A stretch of DNA of 64,000 nt from assembly GCF_006345805.1 (NCBI RefSeq), contig NC_043017.1, positions 32,612,001 through 32,676,000 of the forward strand. Reading direction: 5' to 3'. The translations under genes and the position numbers were made by a program. A model generated the notes under the pieces. The model was not told the DNA's origin, did not search any database, and saw only the letters and a list, made by a program, of their open reading frames with translations. The DNA comes from Octopus sinensis (lineage: Eukaryota). The stretch's first letter is position 1, and each line of letters starts with the position of its first letter. Below are positions 13,421-26,857 of this stretch, piece after piece.

Positions 13421-13962
13421 TTCATATATATAAAAATATAAAATGGGACAAGAATGCAAAACATTCAAATAGACGACACAAAAAACGGACAGGTCATTCG
13501 AAGCCTCTAATCTTCAGTCAAGAACCGGATCATCCTCGCAATTTCGGCTGATATATTTGTAGTTGATTAGAAAACACAAAACACACAATCTTGGAATTTT
13601 CTCAGTGGTCATGGATTCAACCTCCACCACCAGACCCCATCCACAAAAAATAATAATAATAATGGTAGTAGTGGCAGTAAAAATAATGATAATAGTTTTA
13701 GCTTGTTTCTTCTATACACACAAGGCTAGCAGTTTTGAGGGGAGGGATGGACTAGTTAATTACATTGAACCCCAGTGTTCAACTGGTACTTATTTTATTG
13801 ACCCTGAAAGGATGAAAAGCAAAGCTGACATCAGTGGAATTTGAACTCAGAACATAGAGCTGGAAGAAATGTTGCTATGCATTTTGTCTGCCAGGCTAAT
13901 GTTTCTACCAAGCCTGTCACCTTAACAACAACAACAACAATAATAATAATAATAATAATAAT

Positions 13963-14160
13963 CTGAAGAAAATTCTAACTGGGCCCCACCTGCAAGATCA
14001 TGTGCTGTTTATCTTGATATGAGATCACCATGTCGCGCACATATGGTTGTGATGCATGTGCCTGGTGTACCCTTATCAGACGGGTAGTCATGATGGGTAT
14101 ATTGGGCTTCGTATATTTTACCCCAGTGTCACTTTGATGGCATGAACTGCTCTCTCACTC
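13963..14160 (+). mobile_element. Family D (TAA)n-embedded element, 3' part
   Basis: Matches 34770-34970 and 50202-50420 (-); flanked by (TAA)n. Confidence 0.75.
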
Positions 14161-16464
14161 AATAATATTAATAATAATAACGATTTGAGTGTGATTGTTA
14201 CCAGCATCGCCTTAATAGCACTCAAGCCCTGTGCTAGTAGGGTATTAAGAGCACCACCCGAGCGTGATCGTTGCCAGAGTGGCTATCTGCTCTCCATGCT
14301 GGTGGCACGTAAAAGACACCATTCGAGCGTGATCATTACCAGCATCGCCTTACTGGCACCTGAGCCGGTGGCATATGTAAAAGATTCGAGCAAGGTCTTT
14401 GCTAGTACTGCCTGACTGGCCCCGTGCTGGTGGCATGTAAAAGCACCCACTACGCTCTTGGAGTGGTTGGTGTTAGGAAGGGCATCCAGCTGTAGAAACT
14501 CTGCCAGATCAAGATTGGAGCCTGGTGCAGCCATCTAGTTTGCCAGCCCTCAGTCAAATCGTCCAACCCATGCTAGTATGGAAAGCAGATGTTAAACGAT
14601 GATGATGATGATGAATGCTTTATTTTCAGCTGATTAAAGTGGTGAGTTGGTCAAACTGTTAGGATACCAGTGCTTGGCAGCACTTTTTCTGTAATTACAT
14701 TGAGTTCAAATACCAAAGAGGCTGAATTTCATTTCATCTCCCCAGGATTGATGAAACAAATACCGGTTGAGCCCTGGATCGATACAATTGACTTTCTCCC
14801 TCGTCCCCTAAAATTTCAGGCCTTGTGCCTCTATTGGAAAGGATTATTTTAATTCTTAATGTCAAAAGATTGTTCCAATCCATGGTAGACACTTGTTCAT
14901 GAAGTGCTTGAAAACATGCCTCGTCACTAGGTACACAAACGGGTTCTACAGGATATGACCCGTAACATTTCAAGGTCATGTAGGCACCTAGAAGGCTTCA
15001 TGAAAGTTATTGCATTCTAAACTCACTCGCTTTTAGTCTCTTTTACCAAATCCTTCGATGAACAAGGAGGAATTAAAACATAGAGAACCGCACATGAGAG
15101 TAAGAGTCAAAGACACTGAAGGCACTCAACTGGCAGAATCATTAGCAACATTTCACCTGGCCCTTCATACTCTGAGTTTTATTTTAGGTTTGTTATTTAT
15201 GGAAGTTCAGTGTGTCATTTTAGGTTCTGAGTTCAAATCCTGCTGAGGTCAGCTTTGCCTTTTATCCTTTTGGGAATCGATAAATTAAGTACCAGCTGCG
15301 TACTGGGCTCAGTGCAATCAATGTAATCTATTTCTTTACTACCCACAAGGGGCTAAACACAGAAGGGACAAACAAGGACAGACAAATGGATTAAGTCGAT
15401 TACATCGAACCCAGTGCGTAACTGGTACTTAATTTATTAACTCCGAAAGGATGAAAGGTAAAGTTGACCTCGATGGAATTTGAACTCAGAACGTAACGGC
15501 AGACGAAGTACCTATTTCTTTACTACCCACAAAGGGCTAAACACAAAGAGGACAAACAAGGACAGACAAATAGATTTAGCCAATTACATCGACCCCAGTG
15601 CATAACTGGTACTTTATTTATCGACCCCAAATGGATGAAAGACAAAGTCGACCTCGGCGGAATTTGAACACAGAACGTAACAGCAGAAGAAATACAGCTA
15701 TGCATCTCACCCGGCGTGCTAACGTTTCTGCCAGCAATCAATGTAACCTCTCTCCTAAAATTTCTGGCCTTGTGCCAAAATTTGAAACCAATAATCTAGT
15801 GAGCTGGCAGAGTTATTGGAGCATTGAAAAAATGTGTTTGGTGGCATTCATTCAGCACTTTGCATTCTGAGTTCAATTCCTGCCAAGGCCGACTTTGCCT
15901 TTCATTCCCCCTGCGGTTGATAAAATACAATACTAGTCAAATACTAAACCATTCCCTTTTAAAATTATGGAGCTTTTGCCAAAATTTGAAGCAAGTATTT
16001 TAAACTGCCTGCAAAGTTGCTGTACTATTTGATCAGTGAGGTTGTCATATTCCCAATGTTCAATGTGTCTCTGGATTTTCTCCAAGTCTAACATAAAATA
16101 TCAGCCACATGGAATGATACATGCATATGAAAGGTTAACAAACATTGTAGATCTGTGTTTCCTAATTCATTTTTCCCCAGGCCCTACTATATCTATCCAG
16201 AAAAATGTATGCTCCCACCAGCAGTTGGAAAGAAAAAAAAACTTTGATTTTTTTATATTTCAAAGTTTTACTCTTTTGCTCTTTTACTTGTTTCAGTCAT
16301 TTGACTGTGGCCATGCAGGAGCACCGCCTTTAGTTTAGCAAATCGACCCCAGGACTTATTCTTTGTAAGCCTAGTACTTATTCTGTCGGTCTCTTTTGCC
16401 AAACTGCTAAGTTATGGGGATGTAAACACACCAGCATATACACACACATGGATATATATATACA

Positions 16465-16859
16465 CTAGCAGTATCGCCCGGCGTTGCTCGGGTTTGTAAG
16501 GGAAATAATTATATAAGCATTTTTAGAGATGTAAAGTATAATAGCCATCTCAATATGGCTAACCACAAAGGGGGAGGGGTGTTACTGTAGCTTTTTACGT
16601 TCTGAGATTTAATAATAAATTTTAGAGAGTTACTTCCCTTATATATGTCAAAAATGGATTAACAATGGGAAAAATTGATGGTAAATTTTTTTTTAAATCG
16701 TAGACTCATCGTAGACGCGCGCTAATACCCAGACGGTCTCGATATGAATCACGACTATAAGATACCCGGTTTTGGTTAAACTGCACCGCAAAATGTGGGA
16801 GTAGTTAGGAATCTAAATCGTAGGAGACAGACACACAACCTCACTTTTATATATAAAGA
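16465..16859 (-). mobile_element. Non-autonomous Helitron
   Basis: On minus strand: A|TC 5' end, hairpin CCCG-AGCAACGC-CGGG, then CTAG|T 3' end; near-identical inverted copy at 53354-53736. Confidence 0.85.
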
Positions 16860-16959
16860 TTTCCTCTATTTACATAATATTGAGGTCTCTTTCTTTCTTT
16901 TTATCTTACTGTTTTTTTTACCATATACATATATATATATATATAAATATATATATAGT

Positions 16960-17280
16960 TACAGAGATGTACTTGCATAGCAAGTGACTTGATCTGAGAT
17001 CGTGTGCTGGAACGAAAACAGTTGCAGCGTTGAAGGTGTTTATAAGCCATTTAAGAAACACACAAAAACCGTTAGATTCACTTCAACATTTAAATTTAAT
17101 TTGTCAAAATATTTTCGTCGCTTTGAGACCGTGACCTGTTAGCACGATATTTTTGTCAGTGAACAGGGCGCGGTCTCAAAGCGACGAAAACATTTTGGCA
17201 AATTAAATTTAAATGTTGAAGTGAATGTAACGGTTTTTGTGTGTTTCTTAAATGGCTTACAAACACCTTCCACGCTGCAA
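16960..17280. mobile_element. Dispersed repeat with ~119-bp fold-back (Penelope-type terminal repeat?)
   Basis: 17022-17140 mirrored by 17162-17280; unfolded copy of the same repeat at 59585-59770. The family assignment is inference. Confidence 0.6.
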
Positions 17281-17609
17281 TATATATATACCACATATAT
17301 ATTATGTATGTATGTATGTATGTGTGTATATGTGTATGCATGTATGTGTGTGGTGTGCGTGTCTGTGCTTGTGATTGTCCTCCACCACTGCTTGACAACG
17401 AATGTTGGTTTCTTTACATCCCTGTCACCTAGTGGTTTGACAAAGGAAACAGATAGAATAAGTTCAATGCTTACAAAAATAAAACTGGAGTTGATTCATT
17501 AAACTACAATTCTTCAAGGCATTGCCCCAGCATGGCCACAGACCAATGGCTGGAAAAAGCAGAAGAATAAAAGAATACATTCTCTGCTTTGGTCTTATGT
17601 TCAAGGCAT

Positions 17610-17905
17610 GAGAAAGCTTGAGTTTACATGAGAAGGCCTAACAGACCTGGTAGAAACAGCAGCCAAATCTCCCTCAAATCACACCTTACTGTCTTATGTA
17701 TGTATATATATATATGAGCGAATGAGGGGGACCTCTACATGGTAGCTAGACCTGGTAGAAATAGCAGCCAAATTTCCCCCAAATCACACCTTACTGTCTT
17801 ATCTATGTATATATGTATGAGCCTATGAGGGAGACCCCTACATGGCAGCTAGACATGGTAGAAATAATAGCGCCAAATCTCCCCAAAATCACACCTTACT
17901 GTCTC
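17610..17905 (+). repeat. Three ~105-110-bp tandem units
   Basis: GGTAGAAA(C/T)AGCAGCCAAAT(C/T)TCCC(T/C)CAAATCACACCTTACTGTC recurs near 17645, 17752 and 17855. Confidence 0.75.
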
Positions 17906-17973
17906 TTATCTTTCTGCTACTTGGATATAGGTCTTATATTCATCGTAAAAACTTTCCTGTCACACACTCACGC

Positions 17974-18013
<40 letters not shown>

Positions 18014-18844
18014 CCTCACACACACACACGCGCACACACACACACACACTGACACACACGCACGTTAGCTTACAATTTTATTTATATATTTGCGTGTCTA
18101 TGTGTGGAAGAGGAATGGGAGGCAGAGTGAAAGAATCACTCACTACAGTAAGTGAATTAGTTTCATTTTATTCGTTGCCCACTGTGTGTGTGCGTTTGCG
18201 TGTGTGTAAACCAGACTAAGAAAAGCATTTGACACACACACCAGAATGTGAGTTTTCTGTAAATTTTGCTTAATTGGAGTTTAAATTTTGAAAACTGGAC
18301 CTGGCATGACGCGATGCATTGTACTCTTAAAAATGCTAGGTAAATTGTAATTGAAGAAATCCTATATTGTAGATTTGTATAACTCCCAAAGGGAGGCAGA
18401 TAAAATCTGCCTTTTATAATAAGAGATATATGCGACGGGCTTCTTTCAGTTTCCGTCTACCAAATCCACTCACAAGGCTTTAGTTGGCCTGAGGCTATAG
18501 CAGAAGACACTTGCCCAAGGTGCCACGCAGTGGGACTGAACCCAGAACCATGTGGTTCGTAAGCAAGCTACTTACCACACAGCCACTCCTATGTTATATA
18601 TATTTTCTTAAAGAAATATCCACACCATGGCATTAGAATATCCCTGTATTGTAGCAGACAGTCTTCACACAGAATGCTTGGCAGCAGGGATTGGTTTGGC
18701 TAGGTTGAGTATTGGAATAGTGTGTTTCCATGTTCTGCTACAAAAACAAAAAAGACAAAAATATTTTGGATCCCATGTTCCACCGGAATTTTCCCAAACC
18801 TCGCGTTCGGAATCACTGCTGTAGATGGTAGTATATATGGGAAT

Positions 18845-19211
18845 GGAAGCACTCCGTCGGTTACGACGATGAGGGTTCCAGTTGATCCGATCAACGGAAC
18901 AGCCTGCTCATGAAATTTACGTGTAAGTGGCTGAGCACCCCACAGACACGTGTACCCTTAACGTAGTTCTCGGGGATATTCAGCGTGACACAGAGAGTGA
19001 CAAGGACGGCCCTTTGAAATACAGATACAACAGAAACAGGAAGTAAGAGTGAGAGAAAGTTGTGGTGAAAGAGTACAGCAGGGATCACCACCATCCCCTG
19101 CCGGAGCCTCGTGGAGCTTTAGGTGTTTTCGCTCAATAAGCACTCACAACGCCCGGTCTGGGAATCAAAACGATCCTACGGCCGTGAGTCCGCTGCCCTA
19201 ACCACTGGGCA
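18845..19211 (-). mobile_element. tRNA-head SINE family B with alternative 3' half
   Basis: Head and core match 10030-10226; the 3' ~190 nt are unrelated to 10227-10440. Confidence 0.8.
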
Positions 19212-19796
19212 GTATATATAATTACGAAGGGAATCAAGGATAAGTTACAGTACCTCAAAGTGATTTCCTATAAGGGTAATGAATATCCGAAAAGCTAATT
19301 AATTAAAAACAACGTTTGCAGTTGGCCAAATTTGTGAAAATTTCACTGTCATCTTATTAATTTTAAAATTGAATTTAAAGGGAGAATGACAAGATGCTGA
19401 ACCAAATAAAACCACTTATTCCTTTTTAAACTTGGAATTTAATCACAAATTCTGTCATCACTTTCTTTCGGATCATAAAACTTATTGCATTAAAAATATC
19501 TTCAACTGACAAGTGCAATTCTAATTTAAAATTGGTTACTTGGTTTTTATAAAATTACATTTTATAAATACTACAATTCATTCGCTTTAAAGGTATTAAA
19601 TGGGTTCAGAAATTGCTCTGCAGTTAAGGTGCTTGTTTGGCAATTTCAAGGTAATGTGCTTGATCACATGCCACATCACCTTGGTTAAATGGATTCCATG
19701 GTTAACTTGGGCTGACCAACATCTTGTGGATAGAAATTATACAAAAGCACATCATATATGGTGACTGCTCCATCTTTGTGGATGATTGTTGTATTA

Positions 19797-20010
19797 GAGG
19801 GTGCTGAAAAGTTCCTGGTTTTGAGTAAAAGAAAATACAGAAGAATCAGTTAATTATGATTTTATTCAACATATTCCCCTCTCACAATCACACACTTATT
19901 GCAGTGGTCCTTTGGTTTTTCTAAGCCTTGTAAAAGAACTCAGATGGCTGGGCTTCGAAACAGGCCTTTTGCAATAACTTTAAAGCCAGGAATTTTTCAG
20001 CACCCCTACA
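19797..20010. mobile_element. Mariner-derived MITE
   Basis: TIRs GAGGGTGCTGAAAAGTTCCTGG / CCAGGAATTTTTCAGCACCCC with flanking TA. Confidence 0.75.
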
Positions 20011-20065
20011 TATATGTACATATATATATATATTTACATGCTAGCATGGAAAACGGACGTTAAAC

Positions 20066-20096
<31 letters not shown>

Positions 20097-20209
20097 GTGA
20101 TTCTGGTATGCAACTGGATGAATGGTATTGGTTTTTTTTTTCTCTGCATGTTTTTTTAGTATCGGTTTTGTTTCTGCCTGTGCCACAAACAACTTAGCAT
20201 GTTTATATC

Positions 20210-20700
20210 TTCATTGAGAGTTAGCTGGTAATGGTCAATAAAATACTCCCAATAGAAACTTGATTTTTTTTCATACCAGTACCCAACAATAAAGTCTCTT
20301 TCCATCTTGAAGTTCTTGAATCACAGTGTTTCACCATTGATGCCATACACTTTTGGTTTAATACACTGACAATATTTGCTCTAGATTTCTTCTAACCATC
20401 CTGTATTCCGATTAAGCTCCTTCACTTCACTCCAGATTTTTCTCTAGAGTGATTCTGCATTTTCCTGAGAAAGATCCTCTATGGCATATATATCGATTGC
20501 CACCTCATATCTCTGTATATAGCCGATTGGTTTCACTTAAATTCTTTGCTAATTATTTCTCTTTCAGTTGCTCTCTTCTGATGCCAATGTTTTCCTCTGA
20601 TGGCTTTTAGCTTGTGTTTGAGGCTGATTAATCTGATCTTAAGTGTTCCCTTTTCACTATCTCCAAACATTGTTTCTGTTTTTATTTTTCACTCTTTGTG
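20210..20700 (-). pseudogene. Degenerate R4/Dong-like LINE ORF fragment (pre-RT region), possibly extending to ~21760
   Basis: Frameshifted translation LKHKLKAIRGKHWHQKR...NRNTGWLEE...IVGYWYEK resembles R4/Dong pre-RT motifs (recognition from memory). Confidence 0.55.
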
Positions 20701-21773
20701 TTGGTGAGGAGTATAGCTATTTATCTGTTTCTCAGTGATAAGCAAACCCACATAACCAACGGTTTTCCTTGGATCAACAATCCTTTTTCTCCATTTTCCA
20801 AATCCACAATCGCATATTTTCTATTTACTTGCTTTTCCTTAATTCTTCAGTATCTCCAGGGTGTAACTTTGCAGTTGTTGAGATGACATATAAATGATCA
20901 TTAATTTACCAAAATAAAGGATTTTTACAGTATTGTAAATATTCTTCCCAGATTTCACTAAGCTATGTGAGAATTAGCTAATCTGCCTTTTTTGTTTCCT
21001 TTTGTTAGTTAAATGTAGTATTCTCTGAAGGAAATGTTTTAAAAGGAAATAAACATTTTGGATTTTTCCCTGGGAATATACTCCCCACTTTGCCAGCTCA
21101 TAGAATTTTTTCTATCTTTGTTGTCATTGTTAGGTTTGCTGGCAGCTCGTTGTGGACAATCAACCAGGGTACGAAGTGGCACAGTACCAGTTAGAGGAGT
21201 CAGCTGATTGCTGTGCAGCAAAAGAGCTGCAGGGGCCTGATTTATTGTTGTAGGCTTGCCCAAACCTAGGGAAATATCAACATCATTATTATTTGCACAA
21301 TGTTTACAAATTCGAGGAATAAAATTACACCCATCATATTTTGGCAAAAAACAAATTATCATAACCAACTGCTCTTTTGCATTCAAAAGTTGCCAATGAT
21401 TGGCATAATTATTAAGCTATAGAATAATTTAGTACTGGGACGACCTGCTGAGGTCATTCCTGTATGATTTGCTTCTTTGCAAACAGATAACAGAAGGGTC
21501 TCCTTCTGTCATTTTATAGCAATTAAGTTTGTCATTATTGAGTTTATAACTCTACAAGAAATGAATTTTATAATTACATTTCCTTCTATAACTACAGCTA
21601 AAAACATTTTGCCCACCTTTCTTCTCCGCTTGCACTCCAATTCCTCTATAATAATGCTGATGTTATCAGTTCCAGCCATCGATGATTGTAATATTTTGTC
21701 ATCTTCTACTTCCTGTTTTTCCAAAAGCTTATCTTCCAAACTCAGAGCCAACATCCTGATTGCTAGCCCAGGT

Positions 21774-22191
21774 TACTCTCTTTCTCTCTTTTACTTGTTT
21801 CAGCCATTTGACTGCGGCCATGCTGGAGCACCGCCTTTAGTCGAGCAAATCGACACCGGGACTTATTCTTTGTAAGCCCAGTACTTATTCTATCGGTCTC
21901 TTTTGCCGAACTGCTAAGTGACGGGGACGTAAACACACCAGCATCGGTTGTCAAGCAATGCTAGGGGGACAAACACAGACACACAAACACATACACACAC
22001 ATACATATATATATATATATACATATATACAACGGGCTTCTTTCAGTTTCCGTCTACCAAATCCACTCACAAGGCATTGGTCGGCCCGGGGCTATAGCAG
22101 AAGACACTTACCCAAGATGCCACGCAGTGGGACTGAACCCGGAACCATGTGGTTGGTTAGCAAGCTACTTACCACACAGCCACTCCTGCGC
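21774..22191 (-). mobile_element. SINE family A, full length
   Basis: Reverse complement of the 44593-45012 consensus. Confidence 0.88.
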
Positions 22192-22389
22192 TGTTATCAA
22201 TAGTTATCAATATTACTGTCACTTTAAAGGAAATATATCTCATCAGTGTTGCAGGCATGGCTATGTGGTCTTGGGTTCAATCCACTCTGTGGGACCTTGA
22301 GCAGGTGTCTTCTACTATAGCCTCAGACAGTAGAAATCCTTGTGAGTGGATTTGGCAGACAAAAGCTGAAAGAAAGCCTGTTGTATATA

Positions 22390-22620
22390 TATCAAGTCAT
22401 TCAAAATGTGACCGCGTGTGTACCGTTGGCGATTTTTTTTCCTCTGTCTTCCCTTCTCTGGATCTTTCCTTCTCCTATGTTTCCGACGAAGAGCTCTGCT
22501 CAAAACGTTAAACCCTCCTTCTTCCCTTCTTTCCTAAGCGCTCAATGATACTATATTTGTTCCACGTCCTCGCGTTGTTGTGTTTTTTTGTGCTTTCTTG
22601 TTTGGATTAACTATATATAT
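22390..22620 (+). mobile_element. Penelope-type terminal repeat family P1 with minimal hammerhead-like motif
   Basis: Homologous to 26880-27115 (-), ~31000-31200 (-) and 63420-63600 (-); adjacent to (TA)n; motif at 22479-22513. Confidence 0.6.
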
Positions 22621-22633
22621 ATATATATATATA

Positions 22634-23872
22634 TTGGGTCATCCCTATATAATGTGATCTTTTTATACTTCTTTTATTTTTCAAAATTAGGATACACAAA
22701 GTTCTTTTTTAATCTAAAATATACTCTCCTTCATTTTCTACAATGCACTTTCATCTATCTGATAGACTTGCAAGGCCCCATCTTCCAAAATTCACTTGTC
22801 CATGACGAAAAATACTGTTCTGACCTGTACAGAATTCATATTTTTTCTGTTCAAATGATTTTGAAGACTGCAGAATAAATGATAACCAGTTGGGGCAATG
22901 TTTGGTGAATATGGTGGGTGGGGCAGCATTTACCATTCCAACTGCTCCAGCCTTTGGAATGCCATCCTTGCTGAATGTGGCTCAGCATTATCCTGATGGA
23001 AGAACACCTTTCATCTTGAAACCAAAGATGGTCATTTTTCTTCTGGTGCTGACTTAAGCTGATGAAGCTGCTCACAGTAGATCTCCTTTGTTATCATTTG
23101 GTTTGGGTTTAAAAGTTCAAAGTGGACTAAACCTTTCATATCCCACCAAACAGATAACACCTTATGTGTGTGAAGACCTATAGCCTGGAGTGCCAGTGTT
23201 TCTCCTTCTGTCTTAGCACTTGACATTTTTACAGAGAACCCATTTTTCATCACCAGTCACTATTTGGGCCAAAAAAAGGTAGATTCGTGAGATGTGATAG
23301 CAAAGAAGAGCATGATTTGACTCGGAAAGTTTGTGAGGAACCCATTGACCCAATTTGCTAACTTTTCTGATGGCACAGAGGTGTCAATGAATGGTTGAAT
23401 GACCAAATCTAAGTTTCTCTGCTAGTTCCCCAATAGTTACGATGGGATTTTGTTCCACCAGGGTTTGCAGAATGCCCTTGTTGAGCTCTACAGATCTTCC
23501 AGGATGAGGCTTGTCTTCTAGGCTGTAGTTTCTGGCTCAGAATTTCTGGAACCACTATTGACACTGGCTTACATTTATAGTTCGATCCCCATATACTGCA
23601 TTAATATTCCTCACACTTTCCATTGGGTTGTTGCCTTTATTGAACTCATAAAGCAAAATAGGCTAAATATCTTCCTTTGTCACTTCCATAATAACTTTGA
23701 AAAAATAACTGTTAAAATCAAATTGTACTCTTCAAAACTTGCGCTAGGAATAAGTATAAGGTAAAATTTCTACCTGCTTTTATAGCAAGTTGATGCAGGT
23801 AGTTTATCCTGTCTCACTCCAACTTTTAGTTCATGCAATTGAAAAAACTCCATGATTTATGGGATGACCCAA
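22634..23872 (-). mobile_element. Full-length decayed mariner transposon (1239 bp)
   Basis: TIRs TTGGGTCATCCC / GGGATGACCCAA with TA TSD. Minus-strand motifs WVPHKL, TGDEKW, VWWDMKG, HQDNA, HPPYSPNIAP..YHLF, broken by stops and frameshifts. Confidence 0.92.
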
Positions 23873-24779
23873 TACTACCTATGTGTGTGTTTTTGTGTCT
23901 GTGTTTGTCCCCCTATGTCACTTGGCAACTGGTGACCTTTTGTATACATCCCTGTAACTGAGTGGTTCAGCAAAAGACCCCTGCAGAATAAGTACCAGGC
24001 TTTAAAAAAAGAAAAAAGCACCAAGATCTATTCATTCAACTAAAAATTCTTCAAGGTGGTGCCCCAGCATGGCCAGAGTCTAGTGACTAAAACAAGTAAA
24101 CAACAAAAGAAGGTATCCCATAAGACACAGCAGAGTCTCATTTTGTATGTAACTCAAGAATGGTGATTTAGAGTGCTTATATCATTCTTAACTTTAGAAG
24201 TTGGCTTCCGTACCCAACTGGTTTCCGTACCCATGGCACGTAAAAAGGGCACCATTTGAGCGTGATCGTTACCAACGTCACTTCACTGGCACATGTAAAA
24301 AGATTCGAGCGAGGTCATTGCCAGTACCGCCTGACTGGCCCCCATCTGGCCATGGGGAAATATTACCTTGCTTAGAAATAAGTGAAGATTGGCAACAAAA
24401 AGGGACCACCCAGTCATAGAAAATCCGACTCAACAAATTTCATCTGACCCATACAAGCATGGGAAAGTTGACATTAAATGGCAGTGGTGGTGGTGTGGTG
24501 GCAGTGGCGAGGAGGAGGAGGAGGAAGAAGAAGAGGAGGAAGAAGAAGAGGAGGAAGAAGAAGAGGAGGAGGTACTTTTCTATAATGCAGTATGGAATTG
24601 TAAAATATAAAGTGGGGATTGTCTGAAGGTTAATCAAACCTGAGACCAAATTTCAATTTTTAACCATTTTACTAATATTCCTACTGCTGATACCTTTAAG
24701 AAAATCAAACCATGTTGATCTGCCTCTTGTAATTCTAACACAGCGTTTCTAAATATAATACATATTGTTTTTAACTTAG

Positions 24780-24834
24780 CAGTTAGGCAAGAAGAAACGA
24801 CACAGCCAGTGCCTAGCTGTGTATCTGAAATCCT
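24780..24834 (+). CDS. Candidate internal exon (55 nt, phase 1 to 2: AVRQEETTQPVPSCVSEI)
   Basis: Acceptor TTTTTAACTTAG|, donor CCT|GTAAGT; open frame. No homology recognised. Confidence 0.3.
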
Positions 24835-25824
24835 GTAAGTGTGTTAACGAGAACTCAAGATTTATAAACTGGTTGTCAGATATACCCAGTTGGCTATTTC
24901 ACTTCTACAATGTAAAATTGTTGCAAAAATATCATTCGATAGGGAAAGGTGTTAAAAGATTATAAACTATGATTTAGAAAATAATCTTCTGAATTCATGA
25001 AAGGAAATTTTTTTATTATATATATATATCTTGTAATTTTTTAAGTTGGAAATACTCTAAAATTACTTCACTGCCTTTTGGCAACGCATTTATATATTTT
25101 CTTGGGACTATAATTTTCTCAACATTTTTTCCATGACTGTTACTAACTGGTGCAGCATAAAGACTGAAATAGTTCTGGGAGATGATTGTAAGATATCCAT
25201 TCAATAAGGAGCCAAATTATTGGTACCGTTGTAGACGGTGGAACTAAATGTTTTGAATATTTTCTTCTTGTTCATAGTATTTTTATGCATTTGCAATATA
25301 ACTCTGTATATACTTTTGCTCATATGCTATATTTTATACATTCTCGTATGCTTGTAAAGTCAAGCCAAGATCAGGCAACCCACTTTTGCAATAGTTACAT
25401 GAATTGCATTATTATAGATGTGAGGTATTTCTTTCAATAATACTTGTAAATTTTCTATCATGTTTAGAGGTTTAAGTCTAAATTCCAAAATCCACAATGT
25501 ACTGCTATATATTTGGCAAGCAGTTGTATATTTGATATAATTTCTAACATACTTAAATTGTGTAGTGTATATGTAAAATATACATTTTAATATACTTAAT
25601 ATGCGATGTAATTCCATCTATTATCAACCAACGCATTTTATAAATAGAGTTTAACTTCACATACATTTCTTTTAAAACATATTCACACATGTTGTTGTTG
25701 CTGTTGTTCAGCTCTATTTTAACCCTGAGACAGAGCTGCCTATGATCAAAGGTGTTCTAATCTGTGTTTTGGATCTAATGCACCTAGAACTACTTTTTTT
25801 TTTTTGCTGTGCTGATCTATAATT

Positions 25825-26090
25825 GTAGAAGGAACCTGTGGAAGGGGTAGACCCAGGAAGACTTTGGATGATGTGGAGAAATGTGGTCTTCGGATGTGAA
25901 GTCACGTAGAAGTGACTGAGATTTCTGGTGAATTGCTCTGCTTGAAAAGGCATGTCAAGCTAAGGGAAATCGTGGCCATGACTGGTGCCGGTCATGTGCA
26001 AAAGGCACCTGTGCCAGTGGCATGAAAAAGTCACCTGCACCAGTGACACATAAGAGGCACCCATGCTATTGACATATAAAACGATGATGA
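25825..26090 (+). mobile_element. Degenerate RTE 3' fragment
   Basis: Translation VEGTCGRGRPRKTLDDV, followed by RTE-3'UTR-like sequence and (GAT)n. Confidence 0.65.
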
Positions 26091-26507
26091 TGATGAGGAG
26101 GAGGAGGAGGAAGAGGAGGAGGATATATATAGGAAGAGAGAGAGAGATGATGGGTTTTTGTTCAGTTTTTATCAACAGAGTCCACTCACAAGGTTTTGGT
26201 CAGCCTTGTGGTATTGTAGAAGGCATTCACCAAAACCCTTCAACATTCAAATTGCTCTCCCTCTCTCTCAAATATAGAGCTTATTCATGTTTTCTTCGTT
26301 TTTGGAATTGATCTAGGATAATCTTGTAGTATTAAAGATTTTAATGAGGGGATTACATATTTTAAGATTGACATAGCAGAATAAGTCTGAGAAGCAAGAT
26401 CTGGCCAGTTACAATATAAAACAGATAGAACATTTGGACTGGATATTGCCAGTTTAAATGCACACTGAGACTAAAAATGAAACTAACTCCTTAATTGCAC
26501 ACAGTCC

Positions 26508-26586
<79 letters not shown>

Positions 26587-26587
26587 C

Positions 26588-26619
<32 letters not shown>

Positions 26620-26716
26620 ATATATATATATATATAATAATAAATATTAGGGAATAAATCCAAATTTACAGAGAAAAATCAGATTTAGGATTGAATTCAA
26701 TTTTATAGTAAAATAT

Positions 26717-26857
26717 TATATAATATTAATTAGAGTCAAAACCACTATTTTGCAAATCAAACAAGGAAAGACTTAATCAATACATAAAAAAAAATTTTTT
26801 TATGTATTGATTAAGTCTTTCCTTGTTTGATTTGCAAAATAGTGGTTTTGTCTCTAA

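Noticed and set aside
21039-21754. Two minus-strand ORFs (115 and 81 aa) as host-gene exons
   Set aside because: No consistent splice phase. They lie upstream of and co-oriented with the decayed R4/Dong fragment and are more likely its degenerate N-terminal region.
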